64,000 nucleotides of DNA from positions 1-64,000 of IMG/VR virus record IMGVR_UViG_3300009605_004544. One strand, 5' to 3'. Of this stretch, positions 1 to 8,432 are shown piece by piece; within the stretch, counting starts at the first letter, position 1; every line of letters begins with the position of its first letter. A model generated the notes under the pieces. It saw only the letters and a list, made by a program, of their open reading frames with translations. It was not told the DNA's origin and made no database searches. This DNA comes from a virus. A program made the translations under genes and the position numbers.

Positions 1-1
1 G

Positions 2-157
2 CAAGTTAATAAGCCACATAAAGACTATCACTCTAAAATTCAAGATGAGATAGCCGATGTGTCATACAGGCTCAACAACATGATAGAGTGGTATGACACA
101 AAAGCTATGGCACAACGAATGGTTGATAAATGGGGAGTTGGCGAAGATGTCATTTGA
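2..157 (+). CDS. 3' end of MazG-like NTP pyrophosphohydrolase (partial, starts before window)
   Basis: Open frame ...KIQDEIADVSYRL...GEDVI*, not in ORF track; EIADV is a MazG-type motif. Confidence 0.5.
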   Translation, partial: QVNKPHKDYHSKIQDEIADVSYRLNNMIEWYDTKAMAQRMVDKWGVGEDVI

Positions 158-332
158 TTTTTTTGATACGGATGACAAGGCCGCTATCTTAGACTTCATC
201 TACTGGTATGACATAGCAATGCGAAACAGCTTAGAGTATGAGTTTATGATTTCTTTTCTTAATAGCTATGAAAACGAACACGATATATATGACTCAATCG
301 CTGATGCGGTTTGTGAGTGGGATCTTGCATAA
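147..332 (+). CDS. Acidic hypothetical protein
   Basis: GGGGAG at 132-137 precedes ATG 147 (MSFDFFDTDD...); shorter than track ORF 93..332. Confidence 0.6.
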   Translation: MSFDFFDTDDKAAILDFIYWYDIAMRNSLEYEFMISFLNSYENEHDIYDSIADAVCEWDLA

Positions 333-695
333 ATGAACAATGCAACATTTATTGAATATGATGTAAAGATAACTTTGGGATGTCCAAGGTGTGATTATAT
401 CTTTCAATATGTAAACTACAATATACCTACTGATTCGCCCACCTATCACACTTGCGGTAGCTGCGATACAAAACTGTTCGTTGCTCCAGCCTCTATCAAG
501 GTTGAATTTAACAGCCTTATAACCAAAGAAGAACCCCTCATTGTCTCGAACGCTGAGATTATCAAAAAGGCCAAAGATACTGTCAGATCATATGGCTTTG
601 ACGCAAAGGAGGTAGCCGCAGCATTGGACAAAATCGACGCTAAGACTATGGACCTCGCCTCTCTTATTAAGGGCATACTCGCTAACCTAGAGTGA
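333..695 (+). CDS. Zn-ribbon fused to RuvA C-terminal domain III-like module
   Basis: CPRC...CGSC, then AKDTVRSYGFDAKEVAAALDKI...LASLIKGIL resembling RuvA domain III; overlaps ruvB start. Confidence 0.65.
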   Translation: MNNATFIEYDVKITLGCPRCDYIFQYVNYNIPTDSPTYHTCGSCDTKLFVAPASIKVEFNSLITKEEPLIVSNAEIIKKAKDTVRSYGFDAKEVAAALDKIDAKTMDLASLIKGILANLE

Positions 696-1609
696 ATCAA
701 ATGACGAATGACTTAAGACCTACTGACCTGTCTGGGATTCTAGGGCAAAAGCAGATTATGAAAGCTCTAGAGATAACTATAACAAGCGCAAAGAAGCGGT
801 CTGCCTGTCTAGACCATATGCTGTTTTATGGTCCCCCCGGCACTGGCAAAACAACTCTCTCTAACGCGATTGCGGCAGAGATGAATTGCGGGATACAGAT
901 AGCTAACGGGGCGAACCTAAGAACTGTTAAAAGTCTCATTCCGTATGTTATGCGCATCAAGTCAGGAGAAATATTATTTATTGATGAAATCCATCGGATG
1001 ACGAAGCTCGTTGAGGAATTCATGTATCCTATCATGGAAGACTTCAAAGTTGATATGTCCGTTGAGACAAAGGACATGATTGGAGAGACTATAAGTATTG
1101 ACATTCCTCGATTCACCCTAATCGGAGCAACTACAGAATTTGGCTCTCTTTCCAAGCCCCTTATTGATAGATTCAAACATAAACATACCCTTGAGCTATA
1201 TAATAATACAGACCTTCGACAAATAGTTGATGTTAATTCTGAAAAGTTAAACCTATCAATCTCCGAGGAGGGGTCTAATTTTGTAACAAAAATCTCCAGA
1301 GGAACGCCGAGGATCGCCAATGCGACACTCGAATGGTTACGCGACTACCAGATCGCGGAGGAGGTTCCGAGGCTCTCAGGGAGCCATGTGAGGGCCGCTA
1401 TGGACATGAAAGGGGTTGACACAGAGGGGTTGACGGGCATGGACAGAAAATACTTAAAAGTTCTACAAAACAGCGCTCATCCCTTGGGAATTAATACGAT
1501 TGTTTCACTAACGGACATCGACAGGCAGACAATTGAGGGTATAATTGAACCGTGGCTCCTACAAACCAACAAGATTACTAAAACCGGAAAGGGTCGCGTG
1601 GCAACTTGA
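692..1609 (+). CDS. ruvB: Holliday junction branch-migration ATPase RuvB
   Basis: LRP...GQ, Walker A GPPGTGKT, LFIDEIH, MEDF, LIGATT, SRGTPRIA, IEPWL, C-terminal KTGKGR. Confidence 0.95.
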   Translation: MNQMTNDLRPTDLSGILGQKQIMKALEITITSAKKRSACLDHMLFYGPPGTGKTTLSNAIAAEMNCGIQIANGANLRTVKSLIPYVMRIKSGEILFIDEIHRMTKLVEEFMYPIMEDFKVDMSVETKDMIGETISIDIPRFTLIGATTEFGSLSKPLIDRFKHKHTLELYNNTDLRQIVDVNSEKLNLSISEEGSNFVTKISRGTPRIANATLEWLRDYQIAEEVPRLSGSHVRAAMDMKGVDTEGLTGMDRKYLKVLQNSAHPLGINTIVSLTDIDRQTIEGIIEPWLLQTNKITKTGKGRVAT

Positions 1610-1627
1610 ACTTATTTGGTGTATATA

Positions 1628-1930
1628 GTGCATAGATACAGGGCAAAAACAAACAGGGTCGTTGACGGCGATACGGTAGATTTTGAAGTAGATCTTGGGT
1701 TCCATATTAGTATAAACATTAGGACTAGGCTATTGGGAGTGAACACGCCAGAACGGGGGCGTAAGGACTTCTCAAGAGCAACAGTAATGCTAAAGGATCT
1801 TTTATCTGATGCTTCAGATGATGAAGGTTATATCATAATTAAAACAGAAAAAACAGGTAAATATGGGAGATGGCTTGTGAGTATTGACGGTGTTAACGAA
1901 GCGTTGTCCGAGGTGTGGCCTTATGAGTAA
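1628..1930 (+). CDS. Thermonuclease (SNase-like)
   Basis: YRAK..RVVDGDTVD, RLLGVNTPE, GKYGRWL; GTG 1628 is the likely start. Confidence 0.85.
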   Translation: MHRYRAKTNRVVDGDTVDFEVDLGFHISINIRTRLLGVNTPERGRKDFSRATVMLKDLLSDASDDEGYIIIKTEKTGKYGRWLVSIDGVNEALSEVWPYE

Positions 1931-2129
1931 TATTGATAGGCAAATTACAAATATGGAAAATCATATATTTACCATAGAACTCGCAATGGAATCTGCAATG
2001 ACAAGAAAGGAGCAAGAAGAATTAGGCCGAAAGCACAATAAGTTCAACAAGAAGTTAAGGAAACTTAAGCGTAAATCTTGCTCAGAGAATAGGGACACCT
2101 CAGAGAGAACGGGGGGGGACTGGCTATAG
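1923..2129 (+). CDS. Small basic coiled-coil hypothetical protein
   Basis: ATG 1923 overlaps the preceding gene end; heptad-rich. Confidence 0.55.
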   Translation: MSNIDRQITNMENHIFTIELAMESAMTRKEQEELGRKHNKFNKKLRKLKRKSCSENRDTSERTGGDWL

Positions 2130-2188
2130 TCAAGGTAACGCTATAGCACCGGAGTTCGTGGTTCTATATTAAACATGGAGAAGGTTAG

Positions 2189-3427
2189 ATGATTGATATA
2201 AGATTTGACAGAAGAAACTTTATGAAAGTGGGAGGTATTAGCACCGGCCTTGCCTCTCTAGGATTGTCAGATGACAATGTAGAGAATATTCCCAACAATG
2301 AAAAGTCAGTAGTCTGGTTATGGCTAGGCGGTGGAGCAACTCATATTGAGACATTCGATCCTAAGCCAATGGCTCCAGTGGAGGTAAGATCCACTACTGG
2401 TGCGGTTATGACCAATGGAGGCTTCCTCCTTGGTGGAAACTTTATTAAGATGGCTAGCAGGGGAGACAAGATTGCTGTAGTTAGATCGTTTGCTCACAGC
2501 AACTCTAGTCATAGAACTGGCACTCACTGGGTAATGACTGGGCATAACTCGACTGACAACACTCCACAGTCAATGCAACAAGAACCATCATACGGTTCTA
2601 TCATGTCATCGGTATATGGAGCCAATCATCCTACAACCGGAATGCCCTCCTATGTCAGAGTCAATGGTATTTCTTTTGATGGCCCAGCTTGGTTAGGAGG
2701 TCAGTATAAGCCCTATGGAGCAAGTGGCGAAGGTGTTGAAAACCTTAAGACCAGAGTGGAGAACAATCGTTTTCTTCAACGTCGTGACTTAGTTGGTGGA
2801 CTAGACAAGCTAAAGATTGAGAACGATCTGGAAATCTGGCCCGACTTGCGTAAGCAATCCTTTGGTCTTATTTTAGGCAAGGCTAGCGAAGCCTTCGATC
2901 TTAAGAAGGAACCAGAAGCCAACCGTAAGAAGTACGGCAAGGGGCTGGGAGAGCAAATGCTGCTGGCTCGCAGGTTGGTTCAGAACGGAACCAAGTTTGT
3001 AACCATTCATTACGGCGGATGGGATATGCATAGCAACATTGCGAAGTCCCTTAACGGCAGAATGCCCCCACTTGACCATGCCCTGTCTACTTTTATTGAT
3101 GATTTGTATGACAGGGGTATGAGTAAGAATGTTCTGCTCGTAGTTACTGGTGAATTTGGACGCACCTATCGCGTTAATAAGAATGCTGGTAGAGATCACT
3201 GGGCGCAACTTAGCCCACTGATGTTTAGCGGTGGAGATTTTGAAATGGGTAGGGTAATCGGGGAATCTACGGCTAAGGCAGAAACTCCCAAGAGTGAACC
3301 CTTTGGGCCGAAAGATGTTACCGCTACTATGTTTGCCCACTTCGGTATTGATCCTCAATTGCAGAAGATTGATTTCGCTGGTCGTCCAAGATATTTCGTG
3401 GAGAGTGATGCGAAGGCAATTCTTTAA
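2189..3427 (+). CDS. DUF1501 family protein with twin-arginine signal
   Basis: RRNFMK Tat motif; WLGGG..HIETFDPKP, LLARRLV..G..FV, GGWDMH, GEFGRT, GRDHW; RBS GGAG. Confidence 0.9.
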   Translation: MIDIRFDRRNFMKVGGISTGLASLGLSDDNVENIPNNEKSVVWLWLGGGATHIETFDPKPMAPVEVRSTTGAVMTNGGFLLGGNFIKMASRGDKIAVVRSFAHSNSSHRTGTHWVMTGHNSTDNTPQSMQQEPSYGSIMSSVYGANHPTTGMPSYVRVNGISFDGPAWLGGQYKPYGASGEGVENLKTRVENNRFLQRRDLVGGLDKLKIENDLEIWPDLRKQSFGLILGKASEAFDLKKEPEANRKKYGKGLGEQMLLARRLVQNGTKFVTIHYGGWDMHSNIAKSLNGRMPPLDHALSTFIDDLYDRGMSKNVLLVVTGEFGRTYRVNKNAGRDHWAQLSPLMFSGGDFEMGRVIGESTAKAETPKSEPFGPKDVTATMFAHFGIDPQLQKIDFAGRPRYFVESDAKAIL

Positions 3428-3429
3428 AA

Positions 3430-3440
3430 GGTGTACTTAA
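3430..3440 (+). promoter_or_regulatory. GGTGTA-type motif (degenerate copy)
   Basis: GGTGTACTTAA, intergenic, upstream of a separate AAGGAG RBS. Confidence 0.35.
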
Positions 3441-3461
3441 AATTTAAGGAGAAGTTCGACA

Positions 3462-3767
3462 ATGAGAAAATTTATTACTATGTTGGTGGTTTTTGCCGCG
3501 TGTCTTGCTGCAACTACTGATGTTCAGGCAGAAGATAAGGATTCAAAAGTTAATGGATGGTCTGGGCATCGCACAATTATCCCATATCGCGCACCCGCTT
3601 ATCCTCCACCTGCACCAACCATTCCCACTCCAAATCTTGATGGGTTTCACTTTCTGCCACACCTTTACATCGGGCCTAATGACAGAGGAGGCTTTGGAAG
3701 TAACTTTGGTCTAAGGTTTGGTAGATTTAGGTCTTATGGTTTTCGTCTTGGAGTTGACTTCTTTTAG
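3462..3767 (+). CDS. Secreted Pro/Gly-rich hypothetical protein
   Basis: Signal peptide MRKFITMLVVFAACLAATTDVQA; Pro-rich middle; C-terminal FF. Confidence 0.7.
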   Translation: MRKFITMLVVFAACLAATTDVQAEDKDSKVNGWSGHRTIIPYRAPAYPPPAPTIPTPNLDGFHFLPHLYIGPNDRGGFGSNFGLRFGRFRSYGFRLGVDFF

Positions 3768-3776
3768 AGGGGGAGA

Positions 3777-4118
3777 ATGTGCATGAGTGATAGTGTTAAA
3801 ATAAACGACTGGGTTCAAAGAACTGCAACGCCCCTACCGGGGAAGGAGCCTTTCGACTGATATCCTTGGTCTATTGCGCAGGTTGCGCAAATTGAGGAAG
3901 ACGGTGTTCATGTTATGTTTTCATGTAAGTGTATGACTCATGACCTTTCTGATACTAAATACTGGTTCAACGGAGAATATGAACCTCTTGACCCTATGAC
4001 CCTTGATGAAAAGCTAGATGCTCACGCCCTACACTGTCCTTTTAAAGTGAATTTCTCAGCAACATCTTTCCCCTCTAACAAAATTATTTTCCAAGCAACT
4101 ACAGAGGACTACAAATGA
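3777..4118 (+). CDS. Candidate selenoprotein (in-frame TGA 3858-3860), SH3-like / Cys-His-rich; alternatively a nonsense pseudogene
   Basis: RBS GAGGGGGAG then ATG 3777/3783; same frame as track ORF 3915..4118; only interruption is TGA 3858, followed by a SECIS-like hairpin. Confidence 0.6.
3863..3898 (+). promoter_or_regulatory. Putative bacterial-type SECIS stem-loop
   Basis: TCCTTGGT-CTA-TTGCGCA-GGT-TGCGCAA-ATTGAGGA: 8 bp lower stem (3 GU pairs), 3 nt bulge, perfect 7 bp upper stem, G-first loop 20 nt after the TGA. Confidence 0.55.
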
Positions 4119-4543
4119 AGCTCGAAAGAGGACAGAAGCGTTGCAAAAATTGCAAGGCCATTAATGCCGCTAGGCAACGCATCTGTACGAATTGTGACGA
4201 AGAGTTCAAGCTCAAGAAGACCCGTATAAAAAATGAGATTGTTAACTGGGAAGAATTACAGCCCGGAGATACCTTCAGGATCATTAACGGAACTGGCTCG
4301 TACTTTACTATACAGAGCGACTGTTGCTCGGGTAAAAAGGGTGAAAAGATCATGATGGGCCAGAAGGGAAAGTTTGAGGTGAAAGAGATTGTGGAAGACG
4401 GCATTAAGGCTCATGGACTCCCCCCTTACAATTTTGGAAGTAGCTTTGTGTATATGGGGGAAGATTTTTTTAACGAGGACTTGGGTATTCAAAGGACCGC
4501 CCATCGTATTGTAAAGATTAATGACATTAAAACTAGACATTGA
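4115..4543 (+). CDS. Zn-ribbon hypothetical protein
   Basis: CKNC...CTNC at the N-terminus; RBS GAGGA; ATGA overlap. Confidence 0.75.
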   Translation: MKLERGQKRCKNCKAINAARQRICTNCDEEFKLKKTRIKNEIVNWEELQPGDTFRIINGTGSYFTIQSDCCSGKKGEKIMMGQKGKFEVKEIVEDGIKAHGLPPYNFGSSFVYMGEDFFNEDLGIQRTAHRIVKINDIKTRH

Positions 4544-4554
4544 GGAGTGTCAAT

Positions 4555-5106
4555 ATGGCCCTCAACGCCACAAGTAAGCCTGCGATCTCGTTTACTTTAA
4601 CAATCACTGAAACCTCTTACATGAATAGTCAGGTGACGGAAAGTACCATAGGAGGAAAGTCGGACCTGACGTTTACTAACGGTGACGGAACGGGCCAAAT
4701 CAATATGGGTTCCGCCATTAGTGGGAATTTGCCATCTGGAGGTGTTACATCGTATGACTTTACATCATTCCCAAAAGCCGTCTTTGGCAGTTCTATTAAT
4801 CTAGACTTTTCATCGGGCATAAAGGGGATCACCGTTGTTAACAATTACAACATTCCCACGGGGTCAGGCGGAATTCCAATGGCAGTCGCAGACCTGCCCT
4901 ATATCAATATTAATGCAACCGGATCTAACGCATTTACAGAGTTATTTAATGGCGAGTCTGGGAATATAAAAATCAACCCCCAAGGATCGTGGACATTTGT
5001 AGACTTTGTAGGCCGATTCCCAACTGCCTCCAACAAACTCGTCCATCTCGTAGATTCCGGCTCAGGTGTGCCTTACGAGATAACAATAATAGGCGTCACG
5101 GGATAA
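4555..5106 (+). CDS. Ser/Thr/Gly-rich beta protein, possible virion structural protein
   Basis: GAGGAG RBS, starts MAL..., composition typical of virion proteins. Confidence 0.6.
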   Translation: MALNATSKPAISFTLTITETSYMNSQVTESTIGGKSDLTFTNGDGTGQINMGSAISGNLPSGGVTSYDFTSFPKAVFGSSINLDFSSGIKGITVVNNYNIPTGSGGIPMAVADLPYININATGSNAFTELFNGESGNIKINPQGSWTFVDFVGRFPTASNKLVHLVDSGSGVPYEITIIGVTG

Positions 5107-5906
5107 TGTCGAAGGAAAAGAAGTGTCTCACCTCTTCTAGCTCTTTCCGAATTTTATTGATCGGGGAATCATGCAAGGATGAATACGTTTACGGAACTTG
5201 CGGACGTATATGCCCCGAAGCTGCCGCAATTTGCTTTAAAAGTAGCGGCGTGACCAAAAGCAGCGGAGGAATGACTGCTAATGTGCTTGCCAATATCCAC
5301 TCCCTCTGCCCTTCCGCAGATGTTGATGTGGTTACAAATACTTCAGCGATAATAAAGAGAAGATTTGTTGATCTTAGATACAACACAATCGTTTTCAGAG
5401 AAGATGATTCCGACTTTTGTGAGAGAGGGGAATTTAGTGACATCTGTTTTAAAGAATACGATGCTATAGTAATTTCTGATTACTGTAAGGGATTTTTGAC
5501 AGAGGAAGATATCCGATATATAAGTAGTCAGGGGCGCTCTGAGGCACCCCAGTTTATAGACACAAAGAAAACGCTAGGGCGATTTCTGAATAACATTGAT
5601 TTTGTTAAGATTAATCAAGAAGAATATGACAGCAATGTCTCTAATCTAAAAGACATATTAGATTCTTGCAAAAATCTCATTGTAACCTGCGGACGCAATG
5701 GCGCAATTCATCACAGCAAGGGGAGTCTTGCCGTGCAATACGAGGCCGACAAGGTGGACGTAAGGGACGTGTGTGGTGCGGGAGACACCTTTTTAGCAGC
5801 CTTGGTGGTAGAATATCTTAACGAAGAAAACATTGAGTCTAGTATAAAATATGCGAACGAGATGGCCGCGAGAGTTGTGAGAAAGCTCGGAGTGTCAACC
5901 CCATAA
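5106..5906 (+). CDS. PfkB/ribokinase-family kinase, HldE (RfaE) kinase domain-like
   Basis: ILLIGESCKDEY..G...RICPEA, VISDY.KG, KIN..E, DVCGAGDTF. Confidence 0.88.
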   Translation: MSKEKKCLTSSSSFRILLIGESCKDEYVYGTCGRICPEAAAICFKSSGVTKSSGGMTANVLANIHSLCPSADVDVVTNTSAIIKRRFVDLRYNTIVFREDDSDFCERGEFSDICFKEYDAIVISDYCKGFLTEEDIRYISSQGRSEAPQFIDTKKTLGRFLNNIDFVKINQEEYDSNVSNLKDILDSCKNLIVTCGRNGAIHHSKGSLAVQYEADKVDVRDVCGAGDTFLAALVVEYLNEENIESSIKYANEMAARVVRKLGVSTP

Positions 5907-5950
5907 AAGTGGACAGTAGATAGGGGAGAGTTAAAATTTTTCCTAAGAAA

Positions 5951-6337
5951 GTGTGGACCAATGGATGTTATGATATACTTCACATAGGTCACGTAAGACT
6001 GTTTGATTACGCCAAGTCACTAGGGGACATTCTTATCGTTGGGATAGACAGCGACAGGCGTGTCAAGGAACTTAAGGGGGAGGGCAGGCCAATAAATAGT
6101 CAGGAAGATCGTAAGGAAATGCTTCTTAGCAATCACAACATTGATGGCGTCTTTATTTTTGATTCTTCAGAAGAGCTTAGCCATCTAGTTAAAAGTAATG
6201 AAATTCATACGATGGTTGTTGGGGATGACTACAGGAGAAAGAAGGTAGTTGGCTCGGAACACGCTAAAGAGGTAGTGTTCTTTAAAAAAATTCAAGGGCT
6301 TTCAACTACAAATATTATAGGAAGGTGCCCACAATGA
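5951..6337 (+). CDS. Nucleotidylyltransferase, HldE (RfaE) domain II-like
   Basis: VWTNGCYDILHIGH, GIDSD..VK.LKG.GRPIN, STT; true start uncertain. Confidence 0.88.
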   Translation: MWTNGCYDILHIGHVRLFDYAKSLGDILIVGIDSDRRVKELKGEGRPINSQEDRKEMLLSNHNIDGVFIFDSSEELSHLVKSNEIHTMVVGDDYRRKKVVGSEHAKEVVFFKKIQGLSTTNIIGRCPQ

Positions 6338-7482
6338 AAGTCTATGATTACTGCCCGTTTTTTAGCTCTGCCGAAAACGATTTATATGAAATTAGAATAA
6401 ATGAGCATTGGGACTGTGTAGATAAGTTCATTATTATAGAGTCCGGAGAGACACATACGGGGTTCAAAAAGAGACCGAACTTTGACCATGAAAGATTTAG
6501 AAAGTACGCAGAGAAGCTGCTATACGTACATTTTGACACCTTTAAAGAGGAAATGGCAAAATACCCTACCCTCATAGACCACAAAATTAACAAAACTCGC
6601 GAAGGAACTCCTGCGGAACATGATTGGGCTAGAGATAATTTCCAAGGCAATTATATCGTTAAGGTTTTAGAAGACCTTGATGCCGACGACGAAGATATTG
6701 TGTATGGTAGCTCTCTGGATGAGATTATTTCCACAAAGTCTCTTGGAAAAGCAATAAAAATAGTGGGAAATAATAGGTCAGAGCTATTTAAGGCCAAGAC
6801 GTCAGAGGGTCATGATAAAAACGGCTTACACATCACGAAGTGGGGCGAGTATAATGATTTGCATATTCCTCCACTGATGGGATTTTGGCTTAAGACATAC
6901 GCTTATAAATTGAACCTTTTATGTCCTACCGTTATTCCTATGGCGAATATTACAACCTATGGCGCGTTAAAAACAATTTTACCCGCTACTCTCAGGCATC
7001 TAGCGATATATACTCATGATGCGATTGGCTCGTTTCACAATCCTGCTGGATGGCACTTCACTTGCTATGACAACACCCCTTTTGGAGGGGGGGTATATCA
7101 AAAATACTCTAGCTGGGCACATAGTAAAGATGATATTAATTTTTGTCGAGACCTTCCGAAATGTTGCGTTCATCATTTCAGAGAAGAGGTAGCAATTAGA
7201 GTATTTCAGGAGTTTAGCTTAGAAGTAGTTAAAGTTAAAAGAAAAACACATCCAAATTTTTTGTTGGATAATATAGATATGTTTAGCCGGGGTCTTTGGA
7301 ATCCCCTTGGAGTTGATGGTAAAATAGACAGGGAAGAAGCGAAACGAAGAATGGCTGGCCTTCCCCCATCCCAGACTACGGTTAGTTGCGGGCCATCAGG
7401 CACTGAGGGTATAAGTTCTGCATTTGCCGAGCATGGGCCAGTAATCGAAAACGGACGCTGGAAGGAGCAACATCTTGGTTGA
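6334..7482 (+). CDS. Glycosyltransferase family 17-like
   Basis: VYDY.PFF..E.DL.EIR, VDKFIIIES..TH.G..K, LDEI, GWHFT. Confidence 0.8.
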   Translation: MKVYDYCPFFSSAENDLYEIRINEHWDCVDKFIIIESGETHTGFKKRPNFDHERFRKYAEKLLYVHFDTFKEEMAKYPTLIDHKINKTREGTPAEHDWARDNFQGNYIVKVLEDLDADDEDIVYGSSLDEIISTKSLGKAIKIVGNNRSELFKAKTSEGHDKNGLHITKWGEYNDLHIPPLMGFWLKTYAYKLNLLCPTVIPMANITTYGALKTILPATLRHLAIYTHDAIGSFHNPAGWHFTCYDNTPFGGGVYQKYSSWAHSKDDINFCRDLPKCCVHHFREEVAIRVFQEFSLEVVKVKRKTHPNFLLDNIDMFSRGLWNPLGVDGKIDREEAKRRMAGLPPSQTTVSCGPSGTEGISSAFAEHGPVIENGRWKEQHLG

Positions 7483-7858
7483 TTTAAACCCCGAAATGCA
7501 GATTCTGGGAGCCTTAATTGACGTAACACACAACAAGAGGCTCCTGTTTTGCGTTCCCGAAAGCGCAGGAGATATTTTTTTGTCCACTAGCTTGCTGCCT
7601 TCCATGAAAGAAAACTACCCTGACTTTGACATTTACTTTGGATGTAACAGACAATTCCACGGCATCCTAAAGGGCAACCCCAATATATATAAAGTGCTCC
7701 CCTATATGTCAATTATGGAGAATGTATGGGTGATGGAGGGAGGAAGTGACTGGGGGGGATTTTTTGATGTCTCGATTATTGCAACTGTTTTGACCCAGAG
7801 ATTTATCAACTATCATCACAACGGGATGGATGTGAGTTCTTTTAATTTTAGGAAGTAA
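7475..7858 (+). CDS. GT9 (heptosyltransferase-like) N-terminal domain only
   Basis: AGDIFLSTSLLPSMKENYPD..I, ILKGNPNI. Confidence 0.7.
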   Translation: MVDLNPEMQILGALIDVTHNKRLLFCVPESAGDIFLSTSLLPSMKENYPDFDIYFGCNRQFHGILKGNPNIYKVLPYMSIMENVWVMEGGSDWGGFFDVSIIATVLTQRFINYHHNGMDVSSFNFRK

Positions 7859-7859
7859 G

Positions 7860-8423
7860 ATGCACCAGCTTGAGACATGCGCCCTAGTTAGTGGCGCCAA
7901 GATAGGAAAATGCTTTATTCAAGAGGAGGAGATTGAGATTCCTCACGGGGAATATATCACATTCCACCCTCATCACGACAAGGGAACTGCGAGGCAATAC
8001 GATCACTGGGGAAGGGTTATTGATTTAATTACTGACGAGCTTCCTAATATCCAAATGCTACAGATAGGGCAATCAAATGATACTCCATATCGTGATGACC
8101 TACATTGCGTAGATCCTAGCTTACTGGGCAACACGACTTACAACTCTTTGGCGTATGTCATAAAGAATAGCGTGCTACATTTAGGCTATGACAGCCTTGC
8201 CGTCCATCTAGCCTCGCACTACCAAAAAAAGATCGTCGCACTTTTTCCCCATTGGGCCAAGAGTAGCGGTCCATATTTTTCTAGACCAGAAGATGTCATT
8301 CTCTTCGAGCCAGATTTTTCAAAAATTAAACCCTGCTTTAGTTATGACGATCCCTACAGGCTGTTAAACACCATCGCTCCAGAAGATATTGCCAGAGCAA
8401 CCATTCATTTATTGGGGAATTGA
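7860..8423 (+). CDS. GT9-like C-terminal domain protein
   Basis: RQYDHW..VI, QIG, HLGYDSLAVHLAS...KKIVALF. Confidence 0.75.
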   Translation: MHQLETCALVSGAKIGKCFIQEEEIEIPHGEYITFHPHHDKGTARQYDHWGRVIDLITDELPNIQMLQIGQSNDTPYRDDLHCVDPSLLGNTTYNSLAYVIKNSVLHLGYDSLAVHLASHYQKKIVALFPHWAKSSGPYFSRPEDVILFEPDFSKIKPCFSYDDPYRLLNTIAPEDIARATIHLLGN

Positions 8424-8432
8424 GCGTATAAT

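Noticed and set aside
1607-1630. ruvB TGA is in frame with the SNase gene (possible read-through fusion)
   Set aside because: RuvB ends at its normal C-terminus, no SECIS-like hairpin follows, and a frame match has a 1 in 3 chance
2111-2175. tRNA-like sequence (TAGTCAAGGTAA ... GGTTC)
   Set aside because: No acceptor stem, T-arm or anticodon arm could be built
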